From Treponemataceae bacterium (lineage in GTDB: Bacteria; Spirochaetota; Spirochaetia; Treponematales; Breznakiellaceae), in assembly GCA_031549725.1 (NCBI GenBank), contig JAVBPH010000017.1, positions 236 to 64,235 on the forward strand: a stretch of DNA of 64,000 nucleotides, given 5' to 3'. A model generated the notes under the pieces. The model worked only from the letters and a program-made list of their open reading frames with translations. It was not told where the DNA came from and made no database searches. Positions within the stretch are counted from its first letter, which is position 1, and each line of letters starts with the position of its first letter. Below, piece after piece: positions 9,571 through 18,231 of this stretch. The position numbers and the translations under genes are program-made.

Positions 9571-9754
9571 GGAACCAAAAACCTTCTGCACGCTTTCGCG
9601 TGCGAGGCAGAGCAGCGAGGTTTTTGGTTCTGTAAGGTATGGATGTTATGTGGGTTTAATACCCATACAATGTTCATTTACGAGATTTTAAGAACGCCCC
9701 GGAGCCTCGCACCCGGGAGCGTGCAGAAGATATTAAACCCACTTGCAAATAAAA
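9571..9754 (+). repeat. family B element, copy B1 (about 185-bp imperfect palindrome)
   Basis: Nearly identical to 56458-56638 and 63892-64000, and in reverse to 12446-12770. Internal inverted repeats: gaaccaaaaacct/aggtttttggttc, gcacgc-tttc-gcgtgc, gtgggtttaatacc...ggtattaaacccac, ttctgcacgc...gcgtgcagaa. Confidence 0.85.
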
Positions 9755-9787
9755 GAAAAGGGCTGTTTAAACAACCCCTTTTCTTTT
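9755..9787. terminator. bidirectional intrinsic terminator between the malic enzyme and PEGA genes
   Basis: gaaaaggg-N13-cccttttc stem flanked by an A-run upstream and a T-run downstream, between convergent genes. Confidence 0.55.
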
Positions 9788-9799
9788 AACATTCTTTTA

Positions 9800-11158
9800 T
9801 TACTGAACAATAACCTGCAGCATCGGCTGAATAAGGTAATTCCTTCCGGCCTGTACATCGATGGTCTGGTCAATTGCAAAATTGCCCGAAAGAATACGAA
9901 TAGTGTGTGTTCCTGAACGGACCTGGAAGCTGCTCGACGACTGCTGAATTCCATCAACATAAATATCAACCCGGTCTTTGGAGGTTGAACTTCCCTGGCC
10001 TACCACAATTCCCTTGGGAAGAATAAAGGATACCGTGGCGAACCGTTCCTGCTGCAGCGCAATTTTTAATACCGTGGGACCATTTACAGCAACCCGTTCG
10101 GAATATGTTTCATACCCCGAAGCCGTAACGGTGATGGTATATATTCCGGGAGAAAGGGACGTAACATAGGGGGTTATACCAACCAAATTGCCGTCAATCT
10201 GAACCTGGGCTCCCCGGATATTTGAAACATCCACCGAAAGTGAATGCTGAAGGGCAGTAAGATTGACCGGGACGGTGATATTTCCGTTTACCTCCACCTG
10301 GGCGGAATAACTCTGATACCCATTGGCTTCAACCCGGATAGTATGGATTCCCGTATTCACCGTTGCGGCGTTTCCCAGAATTTTTGTTCCATCCACATAA
10401 ATCGATGCATTTGAAACATTGGTTGTTACTGTCAGCCGGTAACTCAGGGGCGCCATGGAAATGGGAAATGTCATATTCTGCTGAAGGTTTATGGTTACCG
10501 AATAATCCGAATACCCCTGGGCTTTGGCGGTAACCACATGCTGCCCCTGGTTCAGCCGGATGCTGGTCCCGCTTACCCGGTTTCCGTCCACGTATACCAT
10601 AGCGTTGGAAGGGGAAACCTGGAAACTTAAGGTGTACTGGTTTAGTACGGTTGATGCGGCCTTCATATCAATTGAATAGGTCATGTTCTGCAGAACATTT
10701 ACCGATGCGGAAAAATTAGTGTACCCGTTGGCCTGGGCTGTGATGGAATGGGTTCCCCGGGTAACACTTAGGCTGTTTCCTGAAACCCGGTTCCCGTCAA
10801 CATACACAATTGCGTTCGAAGGGGAGACCCGGAAACTTAATGTATACAGGGTACTCCCGCTGGAGGTGGAATTCATGTTTATCGTAATATTCATGTTCTG
10901 CTGAACATTTACCGAGGTTGAATAATCGTTGTATCCCGCAGCTTGGGCGGACACCGTATGTACGCCGGGAGTCACCCGTATGCTGTTTCCGGAGACCCGG
11001 TTCCCGTCAACATACACCACCGCATTTGACGGACTGGACTGGATATTCAGGGTGTAGGTGGTCCCGGTATTACTTCCCGGCTGGGACGTTGTTGTCTGGG
11101 CCATAATCACAGAGGAAAAAGAGAGTAATGATAAAAGAACCACAAGCCATCTTTTCAT
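9800..11158 (-). CDS. secreted protein with six tandem PEGA-like domains
   Basis: Signal peptide MKRWLVVLLSLLSFSSVIMA. A roughly 70-aa unit (Y.L...SPSNA.VYVDGNRVSG.S......G.H...A.A.GY.......V...NM) recurs six times. The first three copies are most similar. Confidence 0.75.
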   Translation of the reverse strand: MKRWLVVLLSLLSFSSVIMAQTTTSQPGSNTGTTYTLNIQSSPSNAVVYVDGNRVSGNSIRVTPGVHTVSAQAAGYNDYSTSVNVQQNMNITINMNSTSSGSTLYTLSFRVSPSNAIVYVDGNRVSGNSLSVTRGTHSITAQANGYTNFSASVNVLQNMTYSIDMKAASTVLNQYTLSFQVSPSNAMVYVDGNRVSGTSIRLNQGQHVVTAKAQGYSDYSVTINLQQNMTFPISMAPLSYRLTVTTNVSNASIYVDGTKILGNAATVNTGIHTIRVEANGYQSYSAQVEVNGNITVPVNLTALQHSLSVDVSNIRGAQVQIDGNLVGITPYVTSLSPGIYTITVTASGYETYSERVAVNGPTVLKIALQQERFATVSFILPKGIVVGQGSSTSKDRVDIYVDGIQQSSSSFQVRSGTHTIRILSGNFAIDQTIDVQAGRNYLIQPMLQVIVQ

Positions 11159-11230
11159 ATAAAAAATATCTCCTTAAAAAATACCGTACATTCATCACCC
11201 TTAGATTCAGTATCCGGATATATAGCTATA

Positions 11231-12151
11231 TCACTGCTGTTCTACTGTAACATATCCCGGAGTCCGGATGGAACGGATCTGATCAGTTTCATTTGGATTA
11301 CCGCTGATCCATCCACCGCCGCTGGAACCGACTTTCCAAAAGCCCGGAGGATCCTTTAAAAGGGTTACCACCGATAAAACCCGCTCGTTGGTCCCGAACG
11401 CCACCGGATACGTTCCAAGATTCTCTTCGCCTTTCATAACATAAACCGTTGCCCTGGCGGAACTTTTACCGCTTCCGCCGGTGATAGATTCATTGGAAGT
11501 TTTCATGTGGATATAATAGCGGAGCTCCTCGTATGTATCGTCGCTCTGCTTGATAATTTTGATCGTTTCCACCAAGGGCTTGCCGGCATAGCGCAGGTCC
11601 TCATCGTATAGGTAGATAACCTTTCCAATGGGATCGGTAGATCCAGGGCCGGCTATTTTATCCCCGTCGGTACGTATATTGTTATTAGTATAATCCCGGA
11701 CCATATAGGCATCTATATTAACAGCTTTGTTTACCCAGTTCACCATAACATAGATATCATTTTTGGTTAAAGCATCATTTGGGTCATAGGGGAATGCCAG
11801 CATGTCCGGTAACGTGGTATCATCCTGGACAATACTGATATATTGAGGAACAAAGGAAAAGCCCGGTTTGTAACCTTCAATCAGGTAATTACCGGGTTTG
11901 ATTAAATAGAACGCATATTCCCCGGAACTGTTGACCACAGCATTACTGACACTCCCGGATTTCTGGTTGGTCAGTCTGATAGAAGCGTTGATCAGTCCAT
12001 CCCAATACCTTGAGCCGGAAATAGTAACATTTATTGCTTTCCCTCCAATACTATTGATATAATCGTCCGAATAATTGGGAAAATTCCCGTCAATAATACA
12101 TGAAGAAAAAATACATCCAGATATAATAAGAAACAGTATCCACCTCTTCAC
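11231..12151 (-). CDS. lipoprotein, N-terminal carboxypeptidase-regulatory-like beta-sandwich (hypothetical)
   Basis: Lipobox IISGC / FSSC in the signal peptide. The segment GEYAFYLIKPGNYLIEGYKPGFSF resembles a CarboxypepD_reg fold. No further recognisable motif. Confidence 0.55.
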   Translation of the reverse strand: MKRWILFLIISGCIFSSCIIDGNFPNYSDDYINSIGGKAINVTISGSRYWDGLINASIRLTNQKSGSVSNAVVNSSGEYAFYLIKPGNYLIEGYKPGFSFVPQYISIVQDDTTLPDMLAFPYDPNDALTKNDIYVMVNWVNKAVNIDAYMVRDYTNNNIRTDGDKIAGPGSTDPIGKVIYLYDEDLRYAGKPLVETIKIIKQSDDTYEELRYYIHMKTSNESITGGSGKSSARATVYVMKGEENLGTYPVAFGTNERVLSVVTLLKDPPGFWKVGSSGGGWISGNPNETDQIRSIRTPGYVTVEQQ

Positions 12152-12445
12152 AACGAACTCCTTACCCCTTATTTATCTAAGGAACAAACAATGATTGGCA
12201 TCCCTACGTTACAGGATGTCGTAGAATTTTTATCTATACTATTATTAAAATAATTTCGATAAAATCCGTATAATGTTATTAAACCCCGCAGGGACCGAAA
12301 AAAGCTCCTGGTTTCGAATAATTTATACTGCATTATTCTTTAATATATCCCGGAAAATCGTTTTATCCATTTTTTCAAATTACTTTAAAACAACCACCTT
12401 TCCGGCTGACATGCCTTTTTCAAGACAAGTAACCATATGGGATGT

Positions 12446-12770
12446 TTTATTCGCAAGTGGGTTTAATACCTTCTGCACGCTCCCGGGTGGGAGGTTCCGG
12501 GGCGTTCTAAGGAAACACTGATTAATGCCCATAGTGCATTAATCAGTGTATTCTTTAATGCAGGCAATTCTTTGTGCAACAAAGAATTGCGGAGGGAACC
12601 GCTGATTGTCCGCATATTGCGGCCGGTTTAATCAGCGGTTTCCTAAAAATCTTGTAAATGAACATTGTATGGGTATTAAACCCACATAACATCCATACCT
12701 TACAGAACCAACAAACCTCGCCGCCCCGCGCGCTCTGCCTCGCACGCGAAAGCGTGCAGAAGGTTTTTGA
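12446..12770 (-). repeat. family B element, copy B2 (reverse orientation), interrupted by C1
   Basis: Reverse complement of the B consensus. The two halves (12446-12509 and 12644-12770) are contiguous in copy B3. Carries a 9-nt in-frame-length indel relative to B3. Confidence 0.85.
12510..12643 (+). mobile_element. family C MITE-like element, copy C1, nested in B2 with TA target-site duplication
   Basis: 134 bp. Terminal inverted repeats GGAAACACTGATTAA / TTAATCAGCGGTTTCC and three long hairpins. Filled site ttcTA[C1]TAaaaatc versus empty site ttcTAaaaatc in B3 (reverse complement of 56566-56576). Confidence 0.8.
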
Positions 12771-12899
12771 TTAACCGCATAATTTTAATATATTAGAAAT
12801 AGGATTCTGCGGATTATCCGGCGGGCTTTCCGGTTCTATTATTTTTATATGATCCGGTATATACTTTTTAAAATCCCTGGAACAGCATAGGTAGCACCC

Positions 12900-14192
12900 A
12901 TGAAAATTGAATTACCCTATCTTGATAAAAAATATCCTCTGGAATTTCCCGATGAACAGCTGCTTGCCGTGGTAGAACCTAACGAATTTTCTGCCCCGGG
13001 GGATGCCATGGGTATATTAAAAAATGCCCTGGAACATCCGGTTGATAAAGATGGAAATGAAGGAAAATCCCTAAAGGAATTCCTGGAGGGCGGCAAAAAA
13101 CTTCTTATCATTATAAATGATGCCACCCGGCCAACACCGACAGAAAAAATTCTGACAAGTTTGGTTCCGTATATTGAAAGTTCCGGAATTGAAAAAAACC
13201 GGATATGCATTCTTGTTGCAACCGGGGCGCACCGGCCGGCCACGGAAGAGGAATACCATCAGATCATGGGGTCGCAGTATGATGTTTTCCGGAACTGCTG
13301 CGTGTGCCATGAATCAAAAAAGGAAGAAGACCTGGTCGATGTGGGAACCACCCGGAACGGAACCCCCATTGTTTTGAATAAACGGCTTTTTGAAGCGGAC
13401 CGGATTATTGCTACCGGTTCTGTGGAACCCCATTACTTTGCGGGTTTCACCGGAGGACGCAAGGCCTTTCTGCCGGGAATCGCCGCATTTAAAACCATCG
13501 AAACAAACCACAAGCAGGCCCTTTCGCCCAAAGCCAGAAGCCTTGCCCTGGAAGGAAACCCTGTTCATGAAGACATGATGGACGCCCTGCCCCTGATAAA
13601 GGCTCCGGTTTTTTCCTTCATGACTGTCCTGGACAAAAAACATGGTGTGGCCGCGGCCAGCGCAGGGGATCTGCAGAGTTCCTTTTTTAAATGCATTGAA
13701 ACCGCCAGAAAAATTTTCTGCGTATCCGTACCGGCCCGGGCGGATATTGTGATTTCCGTGGCAAAGTTTCCCATGGATATTGATTTATACCAGTCCCAGA
13801 AAGCAATTGATAACGGAGCCCTGGTCCTAAAGGATGGTGGCTGTCTTATCCTTATTTCAGCCTGCCGGGACGGCATTGGGGATGAGGCCTATGCAAATCT
13901 CCTGGCCTCATCAAACAGCCCGGAGGATGCCATTGAACGTATCCGGCGGGGGTACAAACTTGGTTACCACAAGGCGGCGAAAATGGCGGAGGTTTCTGCC
14001 AGGGCATCGGTAATGGCCGTCAGCGGTTTGTCCAAGGAACGGTTAGAATCCATGTTTATCGAAAAAACCCAAAGTCCCCAGGATGCCCTGGACAAGGCTG
14101 TGTTAAAAGTAAAGAATACAGGAATTGAACGGCCGTCAATTATTATTTTAACCGACGGCTGCGTTACCATACCGGAACCAGAAAGGAAATAA
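12900..14192 (+). CDS. larA: LarA-family nickel-pincer-cofactor-dependent 2-hydroxyacid racemase/epimerase homologue
   Basis: 430-aa ORF with DUF2088/LarA layout: IIINDATRPTP, ATGAHR, EPHYFAGFTGGRKAFLPGIA. Length fits LarA (about 425 aa). Confidence 0.8.
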   Translation: MKIELPYLDKKYPLEFPDEQLLAVVEPNEFSAPGDAMGILKNALEHPVDKDGNEGKSLKEFLEGGKKLLIIINDATRPTPTEKILTSLVPYIESSGIEKNRICILVATGAHRPATEEEYHQIMGSQYDVFRNCCVCHESKKEEDLVDVGTTRNGTPIVLNKRLFEADRIIATGSVEPHYFAGFTGGRKAFLPGIAAFKTIETNHKQALSPKARSLALEGNPVHEDMMDALPLIKAPVFSFMTVLDKKHGVAAASAGDLQSSFFKCIETARKIFCVSVPARADIVISVAKFPMDIDLYQSQKAIDNGALVLKDGGCLILISACRDGIGDEAYANLLASSNSPEDAIERIRRGYKLGYHKAAKMAEVSARASVMAVSGLSKERLESMFIEKTQSPQDALDKAVLKVKNTGIERPSIIILTDGCVTIPEPERK

Positions 14193-14197
14193 ACACC

Positions 14198-14872
14198 ATG
14201 ACCCGGGGAATTTTAATTGCAGGAAACGAATCTGCCCTTTCTGCGGCAGTCACCGCAGAAGCCGCCAAGCGGGTAACCACCGTATCCACTGCCCTTATCC
14301 AAAACCGGTTCAGCGAAGCCCGGCAGGCGGCAGCTCCGGTTCCTGAGGGCACCACCATCATCCCCATAACCTGGAATCCGGGAAGTCCTATTTCCGCCCG
14401 GTCACTGCTCCTGGCAGCGGAAAACCATCTGGAACATGTGGATGATGCCCTATTAATCTGCGATCCCCCGGCAATCAGGAAAAAACCGGAAGAATTAACC
14501 CCCTCGGAAATTGATTATGTAGTAAACGACCATATTAAGGGCTGGTTCTTCCTGGTCAGGGAACTGATTCTGACCTTCCGGGCCCGGGGAAAAGGGACCC
14601 TTTGCCTGATCACCACCGACATCAGTTCCGGCGGAAAGGATGATATCCCGGATATGGTTGGGCCTTCGGTATCTGCTTCATTTAGGGCCTTTGCCCAGGG
14701 GGTGCTTGCTTCGGCAGCAAACGAACCCTTCCGGGCTCTGGGGTTTTCATCATCAGAACCGGGCAGCGAAGGCGAGTTTGCGGCTTTCATTTATAAAATA
14801 ATTGATGAAGAAAACAAACGCGATTCAGGGAAGTGGTACAAATTCGGGAAGCTTAATTTCTTTGGGAGATAA
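14198..14872 (+). CDS. SDR-like Rossmann-fold protein with degenerate cofactor and catalytic motifs (hypothetical)
   Basis: 224-aa ORF starting 5 nt after larA. Its overall pattern resembles short-chain dehydrogenases by eye. TGxxxGIG is replaced by IAGNESALS, and YxxxK by SASFRAF. Confidence 0.5.
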   Translation: MTRGILIAGNESALSAAVTAEAAKRVTTVSTALIQNRFSEARQAAAPVPEGTTIIPITWNPGSPISARSLLLAAENHLEHVDDALLICDPPAIRKKPEELTPSEIDYVVNDHIKGWFFLVRELILTFRARGKGTLCLITTDISSGGKDDIPDMVGPSVSASFRAFAQGVLASAANEPFRALGFSSSEPGSEGEFAAFIYKIIDEENKRDSGKWYKFGKLNFFGR

Positions 14873-14982
14873 CGAAAACCAGATGAAACAGAAAAGCTGA
14901 GTTTAATTATTAAAATACGGTATTAAACATGGTATCATCAGGTTAAGAGCAGAAGGATTAAAAAAGAACCTTCCCGGGTGAG

Positions 14983-15014
14983 CCCCGGGGTATTAAAACA
15001 GACGTCCGAATAAA
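14983..15014 (+). repeat. family F module, copy F1
   Basis: ccccggggtattaaaacagacgtccgaataaa. Related to 55425-55456, 60754-60776 and the right end of family B (ggtattaaacccacttgcgaataaa). Confidence 0.5.
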
Positions 15015-15040
15015 ATATTCCAACATAGAAGCAGGAATAT

Positions 15041-15559
15041 ATGCATATGAAAAAAGTAAAAAATGATATGTCTATTACTAATCCTATAGCTGTTATGTTC
15101 ATCTTCTGTTTTGTTCTGGCTTTCCAAAGTTGTTACACCTCTGAAAAAGAAGGAGCCAGAGAAATTGAAAAAGATACAGATGGGAAATACATAATTTATA
15201 AATATCGTCCTAAAGAAAATATGGGGTATAATTTTTCCTTAAATCATGATTATGCGGTAAGGATTACAGAAAATACCGGATTATCTGTCGGCCATAAATA
15301 TTATTATCATTTCTTTGATGGTACAAATGGGATAGAATATATTACTAAAGATCAAAGCAAGTTTATAGAATTATTGAAAGAACATACCCCTGAAAACGAA
15401 CAGATATACTATTACAGAACTTGTACATATACAGTACTTGATGGAGAAAAAATATTTGAAGAGATATATGAGAGAGCGGAACGAGAAAATATAAGAATAT
15501 TTGACCCAAATGAAACGATAATGGATATCTGTGGTTCAGATGGGTGGATACCGTTTTAA
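15041..15559 (+). CDS. hypothetical lipoprotein (AT-rich island)
   Basis: 172-aa ORF. Signal peptide ends in the lipobox LAFQSC. Markedly AT-rich codon usage compared with neighbours. An alternative start is at 15047. Confidence 0.55.
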   Translation: MHMKKVKNDMSITNPIAVMFIFCFVLAFQSCYTSEKEGAREIEKDTDGKYIIYKYRPKENMGYNFSLNHDYAVRITENTGLSVGHKYYYHFFDGTNGIEYITKDQSKFIELLKEHTPENEQIYYYRTCTYTVLDGEKIFEEIYERAERENIRIFDPNETIMDICGSDGWIPF

Positions 15560-15679
15560 AATTACAATTAGTAATAATAATGTCCGCCCGGAACCATGAA
15601 GCCGGCTTCATGAAGCTGTTCTACTTCATTGAACAAAAATGCATACGCTGATGTTTGATGAATTTTAATTACAAATTAA

Positions 15680-16816
15680 ATGCATATGCGAGGATTTATG
15701 AAGAAATACTTAGTAATATTATTTATTGCTTTTTTATTTATTGCATGTAACAACAAAGAAAAAATCACCGGAGAAGCCAAGACATTACAATACGGCTTAG
15801 TAATTGATAACAATTTAAGAATAAGAAATAATCCGGATATAAATTCTGAGATAATTGGGATATTAAATTTTGGTGATTTTATAGAAATTTATCAAACATC
15901 AGAAAACATTGATTCAATTGACGGCATGGAAAATTATTGGTATAAGATAGATCCTGCAAATTCAGATCATTCCGGATGGGTTTACGGAGGGTATGTTTAT
16001 GCAGCAAATACCATCGAGGAATTAATAGCTTATAAAGAGACAAACACTTTACAAAATGAAGAAGAAAAAACCGCTGCCTTAATAGATTTTGAAAAATATA
16101 TATTACTTACGAATTGTACAATAACTAAAAATTTCCTAGTCCCTTCAATGGATAATAGGATTATTGGCATCAACGATGATGAAGCTCCCTGGGAATTAAT
16201 TAAGAAAAATGAGATAAGATATATTTTTGATGGAATACAAATACAATTAACTCCGGAAAATGGTACACATAAAAAAATATTTCTTCATATAAAGAATAGC
16301 AAGAATGAATTCTATAAAGAGTTAAATCTTTTGCCTGTAAAAAACTTTGACAACGAAAATATTTTTGGATACTATGAAAACATAAAAATAGAAAATAAAT
16401 TTTGGCTGGATGATGGAAATCCCTGGATATTTCAAATTAAATCTGGAGAAAATAAAATCTTTGAAACAGAATTGAAACTGGGTCTTATAAATTCATTATT
16501 ATTTAAAGAAATTCACGACACACCTTTTAGTGAAGATAATTTAACATATGTTTCTTTAAACGAGGAATATACATTCAGATGCCAAAGAGAAAACACAGAT
16601 TTAATTGTTATATACTTTAGCCCTGATTATGGGGAGTATAAACCAGTACTTTATCTTCTTCCGGAAAACATTGATGAAAATGGTGTTATTGATATTAAAA
16701 TAACCTGGAGTAACAGTATTTTAAAAGGAATATATTGTTTTGGAACATACAAGTTTGATAATCTCCCAAAAGAGAGAAAAACTCATGTAATTTTTGATTT
16801 TATTGGAGTCAGATAA
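15680..16816 (+). CDS. lipoprotein with N-terminal bacterial SH3-like domain (AT-rich island)
   Basis: Lipobox FLFIAC. The segment LRIRNNPDINSEIIGILNFGDFIEIY...YWYKI...GWVYGGYV fits SH3b. The likely true start is Met at 15698 (MKKYLVILF). Confidence 0.6.
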   Translation: MHMRGFMKKYLVILFIAFLFIACNNKEKITGEAKTLQYGLVIDNNLRIRNNPDINSEIIGILNFGDFIEIYQTSENIDSIDGMENYWYKIDPANSDHSGWVYGGYVYAANTIEELIAYKETNTLQNEEEKTAALIDFEKYILLTNCTITKNFLVPSMDNRIIGINDDEAPWELIKKNEIRYIFDGIQIQLTPENGTHKKIFLHIKNSKNEFYKELNLLPVKNFDNENIFGYYENIKIENKFWLDDGNPWIFQIKSGENKIFETELKLGLINSLLFKEIHDTPFSEDNLTYVSLNEEYTFRCQRENTDLIVIYFSPDYGEYKPVLYLLPENIDENGVIDIKITWSNSILKGIYCFGTYKFDNLPKERKTHVIFDFIGVR

Positions 16817-17079
16817 TTAAAACTGTGCCTAACAAAGTTTACTTGTATTGTCGCTCTGCTCCTCATCTTTTTTTGCCAGATCATTACATTTTCAACTAAA
16901 AACTCTAGTACATGTCCCCACCAAACTTCGTGTAACCCGGATATTAGATGCAATACCCCTGAAGTTTTTATAATTGTTTACTTATCAAAACTTCCGGTCG
17001 GCGGAAACAATTTTCAACATAGAAAACAATTGATACAACTGGATAATTAATTTAATATAAAACTATAAGGAGTTTTATA

Positions 17080-18231
17080 ATGAAAAAATGCATATATTTT
17101 TTTGTGTTATTTAAAATATTCTTTATTATTACATCTTGTTCAAATAAATCGGAAAAAATGTCTATTATAGATAATAAAAATTTTTATATCCAGCAACTCG
17201 AATCACAATCTGTGAGTATAGAATGGGATATTGCAGATGACAATAAATCATATTATGCATTACTTTGGGATAGTGAATTATATTATAGCTTACTAAAAAA
17301 GTATACCGAAAAACCTTTTCCTAAAAACGCGGCAATAGATTCAATATTGACAGAATTTACTCTTTTTTCTCAAATAACAGATTCTAACATTGCAAAGTTC
17401 GAGAACTTAGAACCACAAAAAAAGTATTATTTTACTGTTGTATCTGAAACCCCTGATAAACATATATTTGGGATTTATTCAAAGTTACTTTTAATAGAGA
17501 CTCCGCCGCTTCCCGAAAAAGACCCGATAAATATTGTTAGCAAGAGAGGAACACTAGTCCTTGTAGGAGATAACGAAGAAAATCCTGTAATAAAAACTAG
17601 AATCTATTGGTCTCCGAGAATAGGAGTTGTTGGCTGGACAAAGAACGGATTGTTTGCATATAGAAAAATAGATAATTATCAACAAGAAAACGGTGTCAAG
17701 CTTGTGATTATCAATGCCATAGAAGATAAAATAATTGAAGAAGAGAAAATAATTACAAGCTGGGAGGGCTGGAAAGAAAATTCAAAAGAGGAAATAGAAG
17801 ACGGATTAAAAAAGTGGAATGAATTATTAAAAATATATGGATTTCAGGAAGAAATAAAAGAAGTTTTTAGTCAAACTAATTTTGTAAAACCTATGCAGTT
17901 TCCAATGTCAGAAAATGATAAAACTTATGATTGTTGGATTGATTCAGTTATAGAAGAACGAGATGATTATTGGACTACAAAATGGAATTTGATAGTCAGC
18001 AATGAAGAAATGAAAAAAGTAATAGCCTCTGGAGAAGAGAAAACATATGGATTTGATCATGAAAACAGTTACCTGGGAAGTGCTGTAATTGGTTATTTCC
18101 TCAGTCCATACGAAAATAGGATAATAGTGTTAATAATGCATTTTGATGCAGGAAAACCTGACATGATTGGCTGGGAAATAAATACTCGAATAAATTATTA
18201 TGGATGTCATCTCAATATTGGTTTTAGATAA
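17080..18231 (+). CDS. hypothetical lipoprotein, possible FN3-like N-terminal domain (AT-rich island)
   Basis: Strong RBS taaggag. Lipobox IITSC. SVSIEWD...KYYFTVVS resembles an FN3 strand pattern. The rest is unrecognised. Confidence 0.55.
   Translation: MKKCIYFFVLFKIFFIITSCSNKSEKMSIIDNKNFYIQQLESQSVSIEWDIADDNKSYYALLWDSELYYSLLKKYTEKPFPKNAAIDSILTEFTLFSQITDSNIAKFENLEPQKKYYFTVVSETPDKHIFGIYSKLLLIETPPLPEKDPINIVSKRGTLVLVGDNEENPVIKTRIYWSPRIGVVGWTKNGLFAYRKIDNYQQENGVKLVIINAIEDKIIEEEKIITSWEGWKENSKEEIEDGLKKWNELLKIYGFQEEIKEVFSQTNFVKPMQFPMSENDKTYDCWIDSVIEERDDYWTTKWNLIVSNEEMKKVIASGEEKTYGFDHENSYLGSAVIGYFLSPYENRIIVLIMHFDAGKPDMIGWEINTRINYYGCHLNIGFR

Noticed and set aside
8317-9591. Long antisense or shadow ORFs opposite real genes, for example 8317-9591 -, 516-908 -, 2543-3145 -, 5733-6332 -, 21981-22769 +, 28184-29083 -, 43135-43722 +, 49409-50107 +
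   Set aside because: Each lies fully within a well-supported gene on the other strand. Each has an Arg/Pro/Gly-rich, low-complexity translation with no motifs, which is typical of shadow ORFs.
9423-9677. Conserved mini-ORF inside family B, M(N/K)IVWVLNPH(N/K)IHTLQNQQTS...LCLARESVQKVFD. It is kept in frame in B2, B3 and B4 despite a 9-nt indel.
   Set aside because: No Shine-Dalgarno sequence precedes the ATG in any copy. Copy B1 is frameshifted by a 1-nt deletion, and the sequence is fully explained by the RNA/DNA palindromes. It is worth a Ribo-seq look but is not supported as a gene.
12273-12521. 82-aa ORF upstream of larA
   Set aside because: It runs through an F-like module and into the B2 repeat. 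It has no RBS and an odd composition, so it is most likely non-coding.
12510-12643. Self-cleaving ribozyme (hammerhead-like) in the family C hairpins
   Set aside because: The repeated motif is CTGATTA, not the hammerhead CUGAUGA core, and no GAAA partner element sits in the right position. I cannot support any ribozyme class by eye.
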